IMG/VR virus record: IMGVR_UViG_3300006945_000001
Span: 1 to 53,424 of that record
DNA length: 53,424 bases
From: a virus
Taxonomy: Duplodnaviria > Caudoviricetes
Direction: 5' to 3' (one strand)
A program made the translations under genes and the position numbers. The notes under the pieces are model-generated. The model worked only from the letters and a program-made list of their open reading frames with translations, ran no database searches and was not told where the DNA came from. How positions within the stretch are numbered: the first letter of the stretch is position 1; each line of letters starts with the position of its first letter. This document shows positions 8,963 to 17,384 of the stretch, piece by piece.

Positions 8963-9664
8963 TTAGGCTCGTTCTGAGATAAAGCGTAGGAATTCGCGGC
9001 CCCAATTAGTGATGCGGGGCTGCCATAAGCCGTGCCCGGAAACCATCACGTGTATGCCTCCACCGGGCATCAGACCACGGGCTTCTAGGTCCTTGATGAT
9101 CTGGTCGTAGAATTCGCGTTGACCTCGAAGGTCCGGTATTCCGGCTTCCAAAATGTGAGACTGACCGCCCGCCGTGATGTTCGGGCGTCGGATATTGTGG
9201 CGTTCAAACCAGGCCTCAGGGGAATCGAAAAAAGCTAGGATGCGAAGATGCCAAGGCGTGAGGCTATCCACGTGCTCTAGGAAAATCTGCTGCTTTGTTT
9301 CGTCTGGCGCGCCTGGGAGCGCCGCATTCACAATCGCATTACGCAGTGCTCTCAGCTTTTCTTCCTGATGGGCTCGAGATGCAATCTGCGAAGCGTGCAT
9401 TGCCGTAGTTACGAAGGCCTCGTTCTGTGAGAGCTTCTCGGGCGAGAAATTCTCGAGCTTCTGCTTGATTTCTTCGATTGCATCGGCCAGAGTCTGAAGC
9501 CATTTCTCTCGCCGTTTTTCGAGCGGAGGGCTGAAGATTAGTGACAGCGTTTCGGAAAGAACCCCGCCCACGACCGGCACAGCGGAGACGGCCCCCTTCA
9601 CGACAGCGTGGGCTACGTCGGCGGCTGAAACCTCAGGTTTTTCACTATTATCTGGCATGGTCAC
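8963..9664 (-). CDS. Accessory protein resembling the Abi-alpha/DUF4393-like family
   Basis: N-terminal AVPVVGG hydrophobic hairpin, FLEHVDSLTPWHLRIL, C-terminal ITNWGREFLRFI winged-helix-like end. Confidence 0.5.
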   Translation of the reverse strand: MTMPDNSEKPEVSAADVAHAVVKGAVSAVPVVGGVLSETLSLIFSPPLEKRREKWLQTLADAIEEIKQKLENFSPEKLSQNEAFVTTAMHASQIASRAHQEEKLRALRNAIVNAALPGAPDETKQQIFLEHVDSLTPWHLRILAFFDSPEAWFERHNIRRPNITAGGQSHILEAGIPDLRGQREFYDQIIKDLEARGLMPGGGIHVMVSGHGLWQPRITNWGREFLRFISERA

Positions 9665-9714
9665 GCCTAGTTAGTGAGACGCGAAATTCTAGCATGACCG
9701 TACAGCTTGGCATC

Positions 9715-10263
9715 TTATTTCCAGGCGGGAATGTAGGCGGTGCTGCCGTCTGCGGTTTTGACCTGAATCCAAGTATAGGGTGCGGTCGGAGTGACAGCAG
9801 GGCAGTTCGCGCCGAGCGATGCGCTGCCCGCGCCGGTTGTGTTGGTGCCCGCGAATTGCGGAATGCCCGCGATCTTGAAATCGAACGTCCAAGCCGTTCC
9901 GTTGTAGAGCATCAGCGCGTCGTCCTGCTCTACGTAGGCCAGCCAGCCCTCTTTCGGCGTGTAGAACTCCCAGGCTGGCACCTTCGTGTCGGTGTCCGTC
10001 GTGGCGATCTCGGTGGACCAGACGGCGATCTTCCCGGCTTGGCCTGACCATGCGCCGGTGGGGGCGGAGCCGATGATGTAGGCGTCGCCGTTCGCCGGGC
10101 TGCCGGGCGGCGTGTTCACGCCCTGCTGCTTCACCGTGGCTTGCACCAGTTGATCGAAGGCGCGCAGGAAGGCGCGGAAGCCGTTGATGTGGCCCGCGCC
10201 GATGTTGCCGTAAATCATTTTGCCCAGCTTCGGGCCGTTGGTGACGCTAGCGTGGTCAGGCAT
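9715..10263 (-). CDS. Tail-associated protein, DUF2793-like
   Basis: TPPGSPANGDAYIIGSAPTGAWSGQAGKIAVW and WEFYTPKEGWLAYV; last tail gene. Confidence 0.8.
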   Translation of the reverse strand: MPDHASVTNGPKLGKMIYGNIGAGHINGFRAFLRAFDQLVQATVKQQGVNTPPGSPANGDAYIIGSAPTGAWSGQAGKIAVWSTEIATTDTDTKVPAWEFYTPKEGWLAYVEQDDALMLYNGTAWTFDFKIAGIPQFAGTNTTGAGSASLGANCPAVTPTAPYTWIQVKTADGSTAYIPAWK

Positions 10264-12715
10264 TCCTTCCCCCTAATTCAAGTCCCAGGCACATTCCCAT
10301 GCCGCCCATCGTGAAGGCGTCGGTGTCCCGGACGGTGCCTGTCAGGCTGCCGTTGATTGGCTTGATTCTGAATCGCGTGGTCTTAATGCCGTCCTTGTCG
10401 TCGGCGAACCGCTGCAAGGCCGTGTAGACCTGAGATGTGCCGGTGAGCGCGGCGTAGGTCTGGCGCAAAACGCCGCCCACATAGACTTCAACCGTGTAGT
10501 TGCCCTCCGGCGCGGCGGCCTGATTGCCGGCGTCCTGCTGGACGACGCTGGTCTGGCCGGTGCGATGCCGATGCGCCCAGGTTATTGAAGCGTCGCCTAC
10601 CGTCGCCACGGGCCAGTACGCGCCGTTTACTTGCACGTTGCCGGGCGGGTAGGGCTTCTGCGCTCGGCTGGCCATCGCACGGCTGACGGCGCTGACGCTG
10701 CCAATCGGCACGGTGTTGCGCGAGTTGAAGGGCAGGCACTTGGCGCTGATGGTCTGGTCAGCCGGGTAGTCATCCTCTCGCGTGAGGCCCGAACCGTCGC
10801 TGACAAAGGACACACGTGTACCCACCGAGTGATCTGCGGGGATCGTATCGAAGATTCCGCGGACGATGCCGCTGATGGTGTAGGTGCCGTCTCCGTTGTC
10901 GGTGACGGTCTGCCAGCTCATCCACTCATCGTCAATCACCAGCAGGTTGTCGCCGCGCGCGCGGCCCCCGGCGTCGGTCGAGACCAATCGCTCCAGGTCC
11001 TTGCCGCCCTGCACGATGAAGCCAGTATTGTCGAGAGCCGCCGTGTTTCGCGGGTAGGCCGATTGCAGCACTCCGCTGGGGCAGAAGATCTCCACGGTGC
11101 TCGACTGATAGAAGCCCGCGCCTTCATCCGTCCAGACCTCGTAGCCGGTGCTGGTGCCATCGCCGCGCACCGCCGCGACCACGAGCCGCCGCTCTCCAGC
11201 CTCGGTCAAGTGGTAGGGCACCTCCTGAAGGAACTGCGCCGTGGGCGCAACCGGGTCGGTCAGCGGGTCAGTCCATCCGCTGCCCGTGGGCGGCGTGTAG
11301 CCGGTGAAGGCCACAGCGAAAATGTCCTCTACGAAATCAATCTGAATCTCGCCCGCTTCGAGCGCGCCGTAATTAATGCCGGTGATGCGTACGACCATCC
11401 CGCTGATACCCAGCGGAGCCCAGGAGAACTTGAACACACCGCCGATGCGGAGATTCCACGCCTTGCGGTTGGCCTTGAGCCGCCCGCGCGCCAGCGGGTA
11501 GCTGTGCGTCTTCAGCTCGCGCATCGCAACCTTCTGCGCGATGGTCGGATTCGAGAAGCCGCGGAAGGGGATGGTGTCGCTCGATAGCTGGCCACGGATG
11601 GCGAAATTGGCCATCTCCTGCGCCTGGACGACGCGCTCCTTGAAGCTGGTGCGGTCAAGGTAGGTGACCTTGACCTCATTGAGTGTTTCTTCCCAGGAGC
11701 CACGCGAGAACTCCGGGGCGTCCAGGATGTCGTTCTCGTTCAACTCCAGCAGCGAAGGGATGTTGTAGTCGGCGCGCGCCAGCGTCAGGTTCCACAGCCC
11801 GGTTGCCGGGTCGGTGTAAAGCACGCCGTCAATGTGGCGCAGGATGTCGTCCACGACCTGGTCGGCGGCCGCTTCCGAGTCCAGTTGAAGGCTCATGCCC
11901 ATGCCTTCGGTTGCCAGCGTGTTGCCCGCAGCTTGGAAGCTGACCAGATTGAAGCGCGTGCTGGGAATGCCTAGGCCCCAGACGGGGTTGGTCATCAGTT
12001 CGTAGATGATCTCAGCCGGGTTCGCATCGCCGCCGATGTCGTGGTTGTTCCCCGCGAGGCCAAGGTTGCGGGGAAGGCGCTTCACCACGAAGGCCAGGTT
12101 CTTCATGTACTGGCTCGTGCCGACGTAAAGCTGCTGGGCGACGGCATGGCACATCCCGCGATACGCGGGTGCTGGAGACAGGCCCAGCTTGCTCGCGAGG
12201 TAGCTGTTGCCCTGCTGCGTCTGCTGGCCGCGATAAAAGAAGATCGTGCCCTTCAGCCCGCCCTCTTTGTCGTCGCCGCCGAACAGCCTGGGCTGGTCAA
12301 TGGTGATCTTCAGGTAGTCCTCGCCGCCCGGCCCGTTGACCAGCGCGGACGTGAAGGGCACGTTCTTGTCCTCACCCGCGACGATCTGAAGCAGGCTGTC
12401 CACTACGCCGTGGCACAACGCCATGTGCAGCCCGACGAAGTACTTGTAGCCGACCGTGACCTTCTTCGCGCCGATGCCCAGGAAGCCGCCCGCCTTCTTC
12501 TTGATGGGATCGATGCGCAGATCGCCGAACCACACCACGTTTGGCGCGGCCAGCTTCACCGTTCCGAAGATGGCGGGGATCACGCGGCCTTCCTCGGCGG
12601 TCGGGGCCTGGAAGTCGCCAAGCGAAGAAGGCTGCACGTCCTTCGGCTTCTTTTGCAGCAGGGCCGAAAGAACTGTGGTGCCCACGAACAGAAAGAACGC
12701 GAACCAGAACCCCAT
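10256..12715 (-). CDS. Central tail/host-specificity protein (Phage-tail_3-like)
   Basis: PTAEEGRVIPAIFGTV, PAYRG, DANPAEIIYELMTNPVWGLG; 819 aa. Confidence 0.85.
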   Translation of the reverse strand: MGFWFAFFLFVGTTVLSALLQKKPKDVQPSSLGDFQAPTAEEGRVIPAIFGTVKLAAPNVVWFGDLRIDPIKKKAGGFLGIGAKKVTVGYKYFVGLHMALCHGVVDSLLQIVAGEDKNVPFTSALVNGPGGEDYLKITIDQPRLFGGDDKEGGLKGTIFFYRGQQTQQGNSYLASKLGLSPAPAYRGMCHAVAQQLYVGTSQYMKNLAFVVKRLPRNLGLAGNNHDIGGDANPAEIIYELMTNPVWGLGIPSTRFNLVSFQAAGNTLATEGMGMSLQLDSEAAADQVVDDILRHIDGVLYTDPATGLWNLTLARADYNIPSLLELNENDILDAPEFSRGSWEETLNEVKVTYLDRTSFKERVVQAQEMANFAIRGQLSSDTIPFRGFSNPTIAQKVAMRELKTHSYPLARGRLKANRKAWNLRIGGVFKFSWAPLGISGMVVRITGINYGALEAGEIQIDFVEDIFAVAFTGYTPPTGSGWTDPLTDPVAPTAQFLQEVPYHLTEAGERRLVVAAVRGDGTSTGYEVWTDEGAGFYQSSTVEIFCPSGVLQSAYPRNTAALDNTGFIVQGGKDLERLVSTDAGGRARGDNLLVIDDEWMSWQTVTDNGDGTYTISGIVRGIFDTIPADHSVGTRVSFVSDGSGLTREDDYPADQTISAKCLPFNSRNTVPIGSVSAVSRAMASRAQKPYPPGNVQVNGAYWPVATVGDASITWAHRHRTGQTSVVQQDAGNQAAAPEGNYTVEVYVGGVLRQTYAALTGTSQVYTALQRFADDKDGIKTTRFRIKPINGSLTGTVRDTDAFTMGGMGMCLGLELGGRNA

Positions 12716-12717
12716 GC

Positions 12718-13512
12718 CTACTCCAGCCCGTTAAACGGGTTGCGCCCAGGGATGAACTCGAACCCGAAGAAGTTGGGGGCGTTGTTGAACTTCGTGTTGC
12801 AATCGCTGAAGCTGCGGTTGCAGCCCGCGTAGGCCGTAATCACGTCGCCCGCGACCAGCCCGGCCATCGCATTGAGCAGCGTCACCGTGTTGCCGACGTG
12901 ATTGATGATCATGCGGCGCTCGGTGCCCTTCTCGATGTAGCCTGCGTTGAACCAGTCGTTCGGTTTCGTGGCGAAGGCCGCTGCCTGAATCGTTTCTCCG
13001 TTCACGCTGGTCACTGTGGCCGCGACCTTGAACAGGTTTTTGTCCACTTGGCAGCTGGAGTCGTAGAGGATGTGATTGCAGGGCTTCTGATAGCGTGGGC
13101 CAGGCACGCGCTTCTTCAGCACATCGCGCTCAGGCACCACGGTAAGCTCGCAGTCCTCACCGAACGTGGCCATCGTCACGCGGCCCGTGAAATGCGTCAC
13201 GACTTCGCTGTCCGGCTCGCCTTCATGGCCCCGGAAGATCACCAGGCTGAGCGGCGTGCTGGGGATGTAAGAGACAAAGAGCAGCGCGATGGCGTGCTCC
13301 TTCGGCAGCGTCACCTTGATTGAGCCGCTGGTTGTTTCCTGGCCCTGGCCTGTGGCCGTGCGGATGATGGCTTCGGGCTCGTAAATCTGGCCGTTGTAGG
13401 TGATCTTTCGGTCCGCGCCGGTCAGCCGCCAGGTTTGCGTCTCGGTCTGGAAGAGGTAAAGCTCGAACGGCTGGCCGCTGTACGGGCTCGTCTCGCGCGC
13501 CGCGTAGGTCAC
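12718..13512 (-). CDS. Tail tip protein, DUF2163/BR0599-like with Fe-S cysteines
   Basis: C-terminal AGCNRSFSDCNTKFNNAPNFFGFEFIP and CNHILYDSSC; GTG start overlaps the upstream stop. Confidence 0.85.
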   Translation of the reverse strand: MTYAARETSPYSGQPFELYLFQTETQTWRLTGADRKITYNGQIYEPEAIIRTATGQGQETTSGSIKVTLPKEHAIALLFVSYIPSTPLSLVIFRGHEGEPDSEVVTHFTGRVTMATFGEDCELTVVPERDVLKKRVPGPRYQKPCNHILYDSSCQVDKNLFKVAATVTSVNGETIQAAAFATKPNDWFNAGYIEKGTERRMIINHVGNTVTLLNAMAGLVAGDVITAYAGCNRSFSDCNTKFNNAPNFFGFEFIPGRNPFNGLE

Positions 13513-14123
13513 GCGGGGACCTCCTTCGGCAATTCCACGAAGTCCAGCACGGCTTCGGCCAAGTCGCGGCCATGCCAGGTGAGCTCGGGGTCGTCCGTCG
13601 CCAGACGGCACAGCGTCAAGAAGGAAACCATCGTGGCCTTTGGCACCAGTGCGCCGATGCTGCTATCGAGCGTCAGTACTTCGTTGCTGGTGCCTTCGCT
13701 GGCCCCGGCGATCTTGCGGTAGTGCCTGGTGCCATCGGGCAGCAGGAAAGCGATGTGCCGCCGCGCCACAGTTGGAAACATGAACTTGGTGTAGCCGATC
13801 TTGCTGATGCTCAGGTTCACGTTGCCCGCCGATAGGTCGGTGTCCATCTCCAGGTCGCGGTTCCATGTGGGCACCCACACGGGCACCAGCGTGCCCTTGC
13901 GGGCCGCGATAAAGTCGCGGTACGACTGAATCTCGGTCCTGCCATCCAGAAGCCACACGAAGCCTCCCGGCCTGACCACGGCCACGCCGCTGCGATCCCT
14001 GGCGCGCAGTTTCCCCGTGCGAGAATCGAGCCGCGCCATGCTTCGCCGGTGAGTAAACTCCCGGTGATTCACGGCGCTTGGCTCGATCTCGAACACATCG
14101 AAGCCCTGGTAAACAGTCGGCAT
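13509..14123 (-). CDS. Minor tail protein
   Basis: ARKGTLVPVWVPTW motif; translationally coupled within the tail operon. Confidence 0.75.
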   Translation of the reverse strand: MPTVYQGFDVFEIEPSAVNHREFTHRRSMARLDSRTGKLRARDRSGVAVVRPGGFVWLLDGRTEIQSYRDFIAARKGTLVPVWVPTWNRDLEMDTDLSAGNVNLSISKIGYTKFMFPTVARRHIAFLLPDGTRHYRKIAGASEGTSNEVLTLDSSIGALVPKATMVSFLTLCRLATDDPELTWHGRDLAEAVLDFVELPKEVPA

Positions 14124-15193
14124 CAGACCACCTCACACTCGAACTCGGCCTCGAGCTCGGCCACGGCATTGTTCATTCGGAGCACGCCGACCTCATCCGG
14201 CAGGCGGCCAGTCAGCAGCGGCACGACGTAAGTCCGGCCGTCCGCAGCCCAGGCTTGTGTCGTGGGGGCGGTGAGCGTGATGCTGCCCGCCGCAACGGTC
14301 TGAATGCTCAGGGCTTCAACCGTGTGCATGTCGCGCCAGAGCATCATCAGTCCGTCTGCGACGAACTTCCTCAGCGTGGTGTCCACCTGAATCACCGTGG
14401 CCCCGATGTTCGCATTCGCCAGCAACAGCTGGGCGTCTGGCCAGAAGGGAACGCCATAGATGCGTCCCTGCCAGCCCCACAGCAGGGCGTGAAGCGCGGC
14501 GGTGTCCCGCACGTCGAGCGTCAGCACCTTGTAGCGCAGCCGGGTGCGCGGGTTGGTGCGCAGTTGAACGCGCTGCTCTTTGTCGGCGTAGGCGTTCATG
14601 ATCTCGGTCAGGTACTCGGTGCGCTCCATGATTGGCTCAGTCCAATCCGGGTCGGGCGAGAACACCGTAATGCGGGTGCCCGTTACAAGCAGGTCTGTCC
14701 CGCTGATTCCGGTGAACACGAAGACCACCGTGTTCTGAATCTGCGCGTCACCATCTTGGGGCACCGTGGCCTGGAACTGGCGCGACTGCATGGCACCGAA
14801 GACCAGCGGCACACCGAACGGGTTGTCAATCAGCGTTCCCCCGCCGCCCGCGATGTCAATGCGCACCATCGTGCGCAGCGTCTCTCGGAAGGTGTTCCAC
14901 ACGTCCACACTGAAAAGGTTTGTGCTGAGCACAAAGCCCAGCTTCTTTTCGCGCGGCGTGACGATGATCTTCTCGAACAGCTCGCTGCCGGTCATCGGTT
15001 CCAGCGTCCCCCCGTAGAGCAGAGGGATTTCCTGGATGGGATCGAGCGTCTGCGGGCCGAACAGCATGACGGACTGCGCGCTCGCTCCGGGGTAGCCGGA
15101 GACGCCAGCGGCGAACTGGCTGAGAGACGCCGACGCGCCGGGATGTTGCGGCGACGCGATGCCAGGAAGCAGGTTGCCGTCGAAGATAGCCAT
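14123..15193 (-). CDS. Minor tail protein
   Basis: PDWTEPIMERTEYLT, EQRVQLRTNPR; position after the tape measure genes. Confidence 0.75.
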   Translation of the reverse strand: MAIFDGNLLPGIASPQHPGASASLSQFAAGVSGYPGASAQSVMLFGPQTLDPIQEIPLLYGGTLEPMTGSELFEKIIVTPREKKLGFVLSTNLFSVDVWNTFRETLRTMVRIDIAGGGGTLIDNPFGVPLVFGAMQSRQFQATVPQDGDAQIQNTVVFVFTGISGTDLLVTGTRITVFSPDPDWTEPIMERTEYLTEIMNAYADKEQRVQLRTNPRTRLRYKVLTLDVRDTAALHALLWGWQGRIYGVPFWPDAQLLLANANIGATVIQVDTTLRKFVADGLMMLWRDMHTVEALSIQTVAAGSITLTAPTTQAWAADGRTYVVPLLTGRLPDEVGVLRMNNAVAELEAEFECEVV

Positions 15194-15195
15194 TC

Positions 15196-16188
15196 TCAGC
15201 CGACCTTCTTCACCGCGAACTCGGGGAAGAGCATGTAGCTGTCCGCGCCCAGCGTCAGCACCGTGCCCGGTGCGAAGCCGTTGCCCACAGCGCGCGTCCA
15301 GAACACGATGGGCATGGTGCCGAGCAGCGAGTAGCCGCCGGCGTCGCGCGACACCCAGATGCGCACCGGAACCAGGTGCGCCTGAGAGCTCAAGATCGAG
15401 ACAGTGCGCTCCAGGAAGTACTCTAGGTTAGGGATGTCGCTCGGCGGGGCCGTACTTTGACCGCGAAACTCCGTCGCGCAGTTCCGGCCTGTGTAGCCGC
15501 CGCTCGGTTGCGAGGTGCTGTCGGTGCAGCCGACCCACTTGCCCGTGAAGCTGTCCACATCGGCGCGCACGTAGCCGCTGGCCGCGCCGTTGAGCGGGTC
15601 TTTGAACATGAACGGGGCACGCGCCGAAGGGCCGTTCTGCGCGCCGGGAGTCGTCGTGCTGTCGTTGGCGAAGCCGTAGCCGTGAGTTGCAGCGAACGAG
15701 TACGGGCCGCCTGTCCAAGTGCCCGACTTGTTCAAGGATGTGCCCCAGCCCAGGTGAGTAAAGACGCCCGTGGTCTTTTCAACGACCACCACAACGTTAT
15801 CCGCCGTCGCATCGCTGAAAAAGTAGTATGCGCTGATGGCTCCCGTGGGCAGAGGCATACTGTGGCCGGTGATTGTGCTCGTGCCGTTGAGAACCGGCCC
15901 GCCCGCCTGAGCGTTCCAGTTCGCGGCTCCGCTGAAGCCCGTGCCCAGGTAGATATGCAGGGCCGCATCGCTGGCATTGGGCGACGGGCTGGGAGTAAAG
16001 GCCCACGGATTGACCGCGCCCGTGGTGCTCTTCAGGTTGACGTACACACTGCCTTTGTGCAGGTGCGCCCGCCAGCCCGTTCCGTCAGCCTGGCTCATGT
16101 CCTGCACCCAGCCGATATTCACCAGCCACGTCACGAGCTTCTGCAGCAGATCGTTCGGGCTTGTTGCCGTGCCAGTCTGATAGGCCAT
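15196..16188 (-). CDS. Virion structural (tail) protein
   Basis: MAYQTGTATSPNDLL start, similar to the N-terminus of the upstream gene; beta-rich. Confidence 0.75.
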   Translation of the reverse strand: MAYQTGTATSPNDLLQKLVTWLVNIGWVQDMSQADGTGWRAHLHKGSVYVNLKSTTGAVNPWAFTPSPSPNASDAALHIYLGTGFSGAANWNAQAGGPVLNGTSTITGHSMPLPTGAISAYYFFSDATADNVVVVVEKTTGVFTHLGWGTSLNKSGTWTGGPYSFAATHGYGFANDSTTTPGAQNGPSARAPFMFKDPLNGAASGYVRADVDSFTGKWVGCTDSTSQPSGGYTGRNCATEFRGQSTAPPSDIPNLEYFLERTVSILSSQAHLVPVRIWVSRDAGGYSLLGTMPIVFWTRAVGNGFAPGTVLTLGADSYMLFPEFAVKKVG

Positions 16189-16196
16189 TGCCGCTC

Positions 16197-17384
16197 CTAA
16201 GCGAGCTTCACCGCAAAGAAGTCCGTCTTGGTCGTGCGGTTGATGTTCTGCACAACCAGATAGTCGGTGCGCCCTACGGTGATGATGTTCTCCGCGGCGT
16301 TGGCGTGCCCCGTGATCGCGTACACGCCGTCGAGTTCGCCCCAGATGTTCGGGTTCACGATGGAAATGTTCGGGTAGATGCCGCCGTTTCCTTCGTCGGC
16401 GTGGAGCACGATGGGCAGCAGCGGATAGGTGCCGTCGAGATTCGGCAGCACGTTGCTGAAGGTGTAGCCGTAGGGCCAGACGTAGCCGTTCTGACTGCCG
16501 CCCGAGCGCGTGCCCGCCATGCCTTGCCAGACGCCGTCCGGCTTGCGCAGGCGCAGCTGAAACTGGTCCTGGTTCGCGTTCGAAGTCGGATGCGGGTAAG
16601 GGAATGCCCGGTGCTCGTTGCCTGAATAGCTCCAGCGCCAGTTCTGCGAGTTGCTGGCAGGCTCAGAGGTCCAACTCATCGAGCCACCGACCATCAGCGG
16701 ATAGGGAAACTGGGTCGGGTTCGCGTAGGTGCTGAAGAAGCCCAGGTACATGGCTTCATAGACCGTGCTGGCTTTCACCACCATGACCACGCGCCGCCCA
16801 TTCGCCACGAACCAATACGGCATCGAGCCCACGCGCAGCAGGGGCACGACGGGCCGCGTCATCGCGCCGGGCTGGGTTGTGAACGCAAGCCCGCTGTCAA
16901 AGCCGTTGAAGCCGCCCAGCCGCCAGTTGTCGTAGTCCGCGCCGGCGTCGCTGAAGCGCAGAACGCCCACGAAGATTTGCGCTTCGTTCCCGTTTCCCGG
17001 TGCCTGCCAGATGTACTCGCTGCCTGCCGCGCCGCGCTTCTGAATCCAAGGCGGCGTCATCGTGAACACGATGGTGTCGCCCGATTGCCAAGCCGTGCCA
17101 CCAGCCGTGATCGTGAAGTTGACAACCGCACTGGTGAACGCCACGCCTACGGTTCCGGTGCCCAGCGCGCCGCTCACGCTTCCCGATACGCTGAAGGCGG
17201 TGGAGCTCGAGAAAGTGACCGTGATCGTCTCCAGGACGCTGCTGGCCGTGCCGATCAGGTTCGTGATCCTGCCTGTACCCGCGCCCGTGTACGTCGGTTC
17301 GAGCGCGTGGCCTTTCAGAAGAAACGAATTCAGCTTGGCCATCAGATCAGCAACGTCTGTAGCCGTTCCGTTCTCGAAGCTCAC
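16197..17384 (-). CDS. Virion structural (tail) protein
   Basis: GTG start overlapping the tape measure stop; (M)SFENGTATDVADL, YWFVANGRR, GELDGVY. Confidence 0.75.
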   Translation of the reverse strand: MSFENGTATDVADLMAKLNSFLLKGHALEPTYTGAGTGRITNLIGTASSVLETITVTFSSSTAFSVSGSVSGALGTGTVGVAFTSAVVNFTITAGGTAWQSGDTIVFTMTPPWIQKRGAAGSEYIWQAPGNGNEAQIFVGVLRFSDAGADYDNWRLGGFNGFDSGLAFTTQPGAMTRPVVPLLRVGSMPYWFVANGRRVVMVVKASTVYEAMYLGFFSTYANPTQFPYPLMVGGSMSWTSEPASNSQNWRWSYSGNEHRAFPYPHPTSNANQDQFQLRLRKPDGVWQGMAGTRSGGSQNGYVWPYGYTFSNVLPNLDGTYPLLPIVLHADEGNGGIYPNISIVNPNIWGELDGVYAITGHANAAENIITVGRTDYLVVQNINRTTKTDFFAVKLA

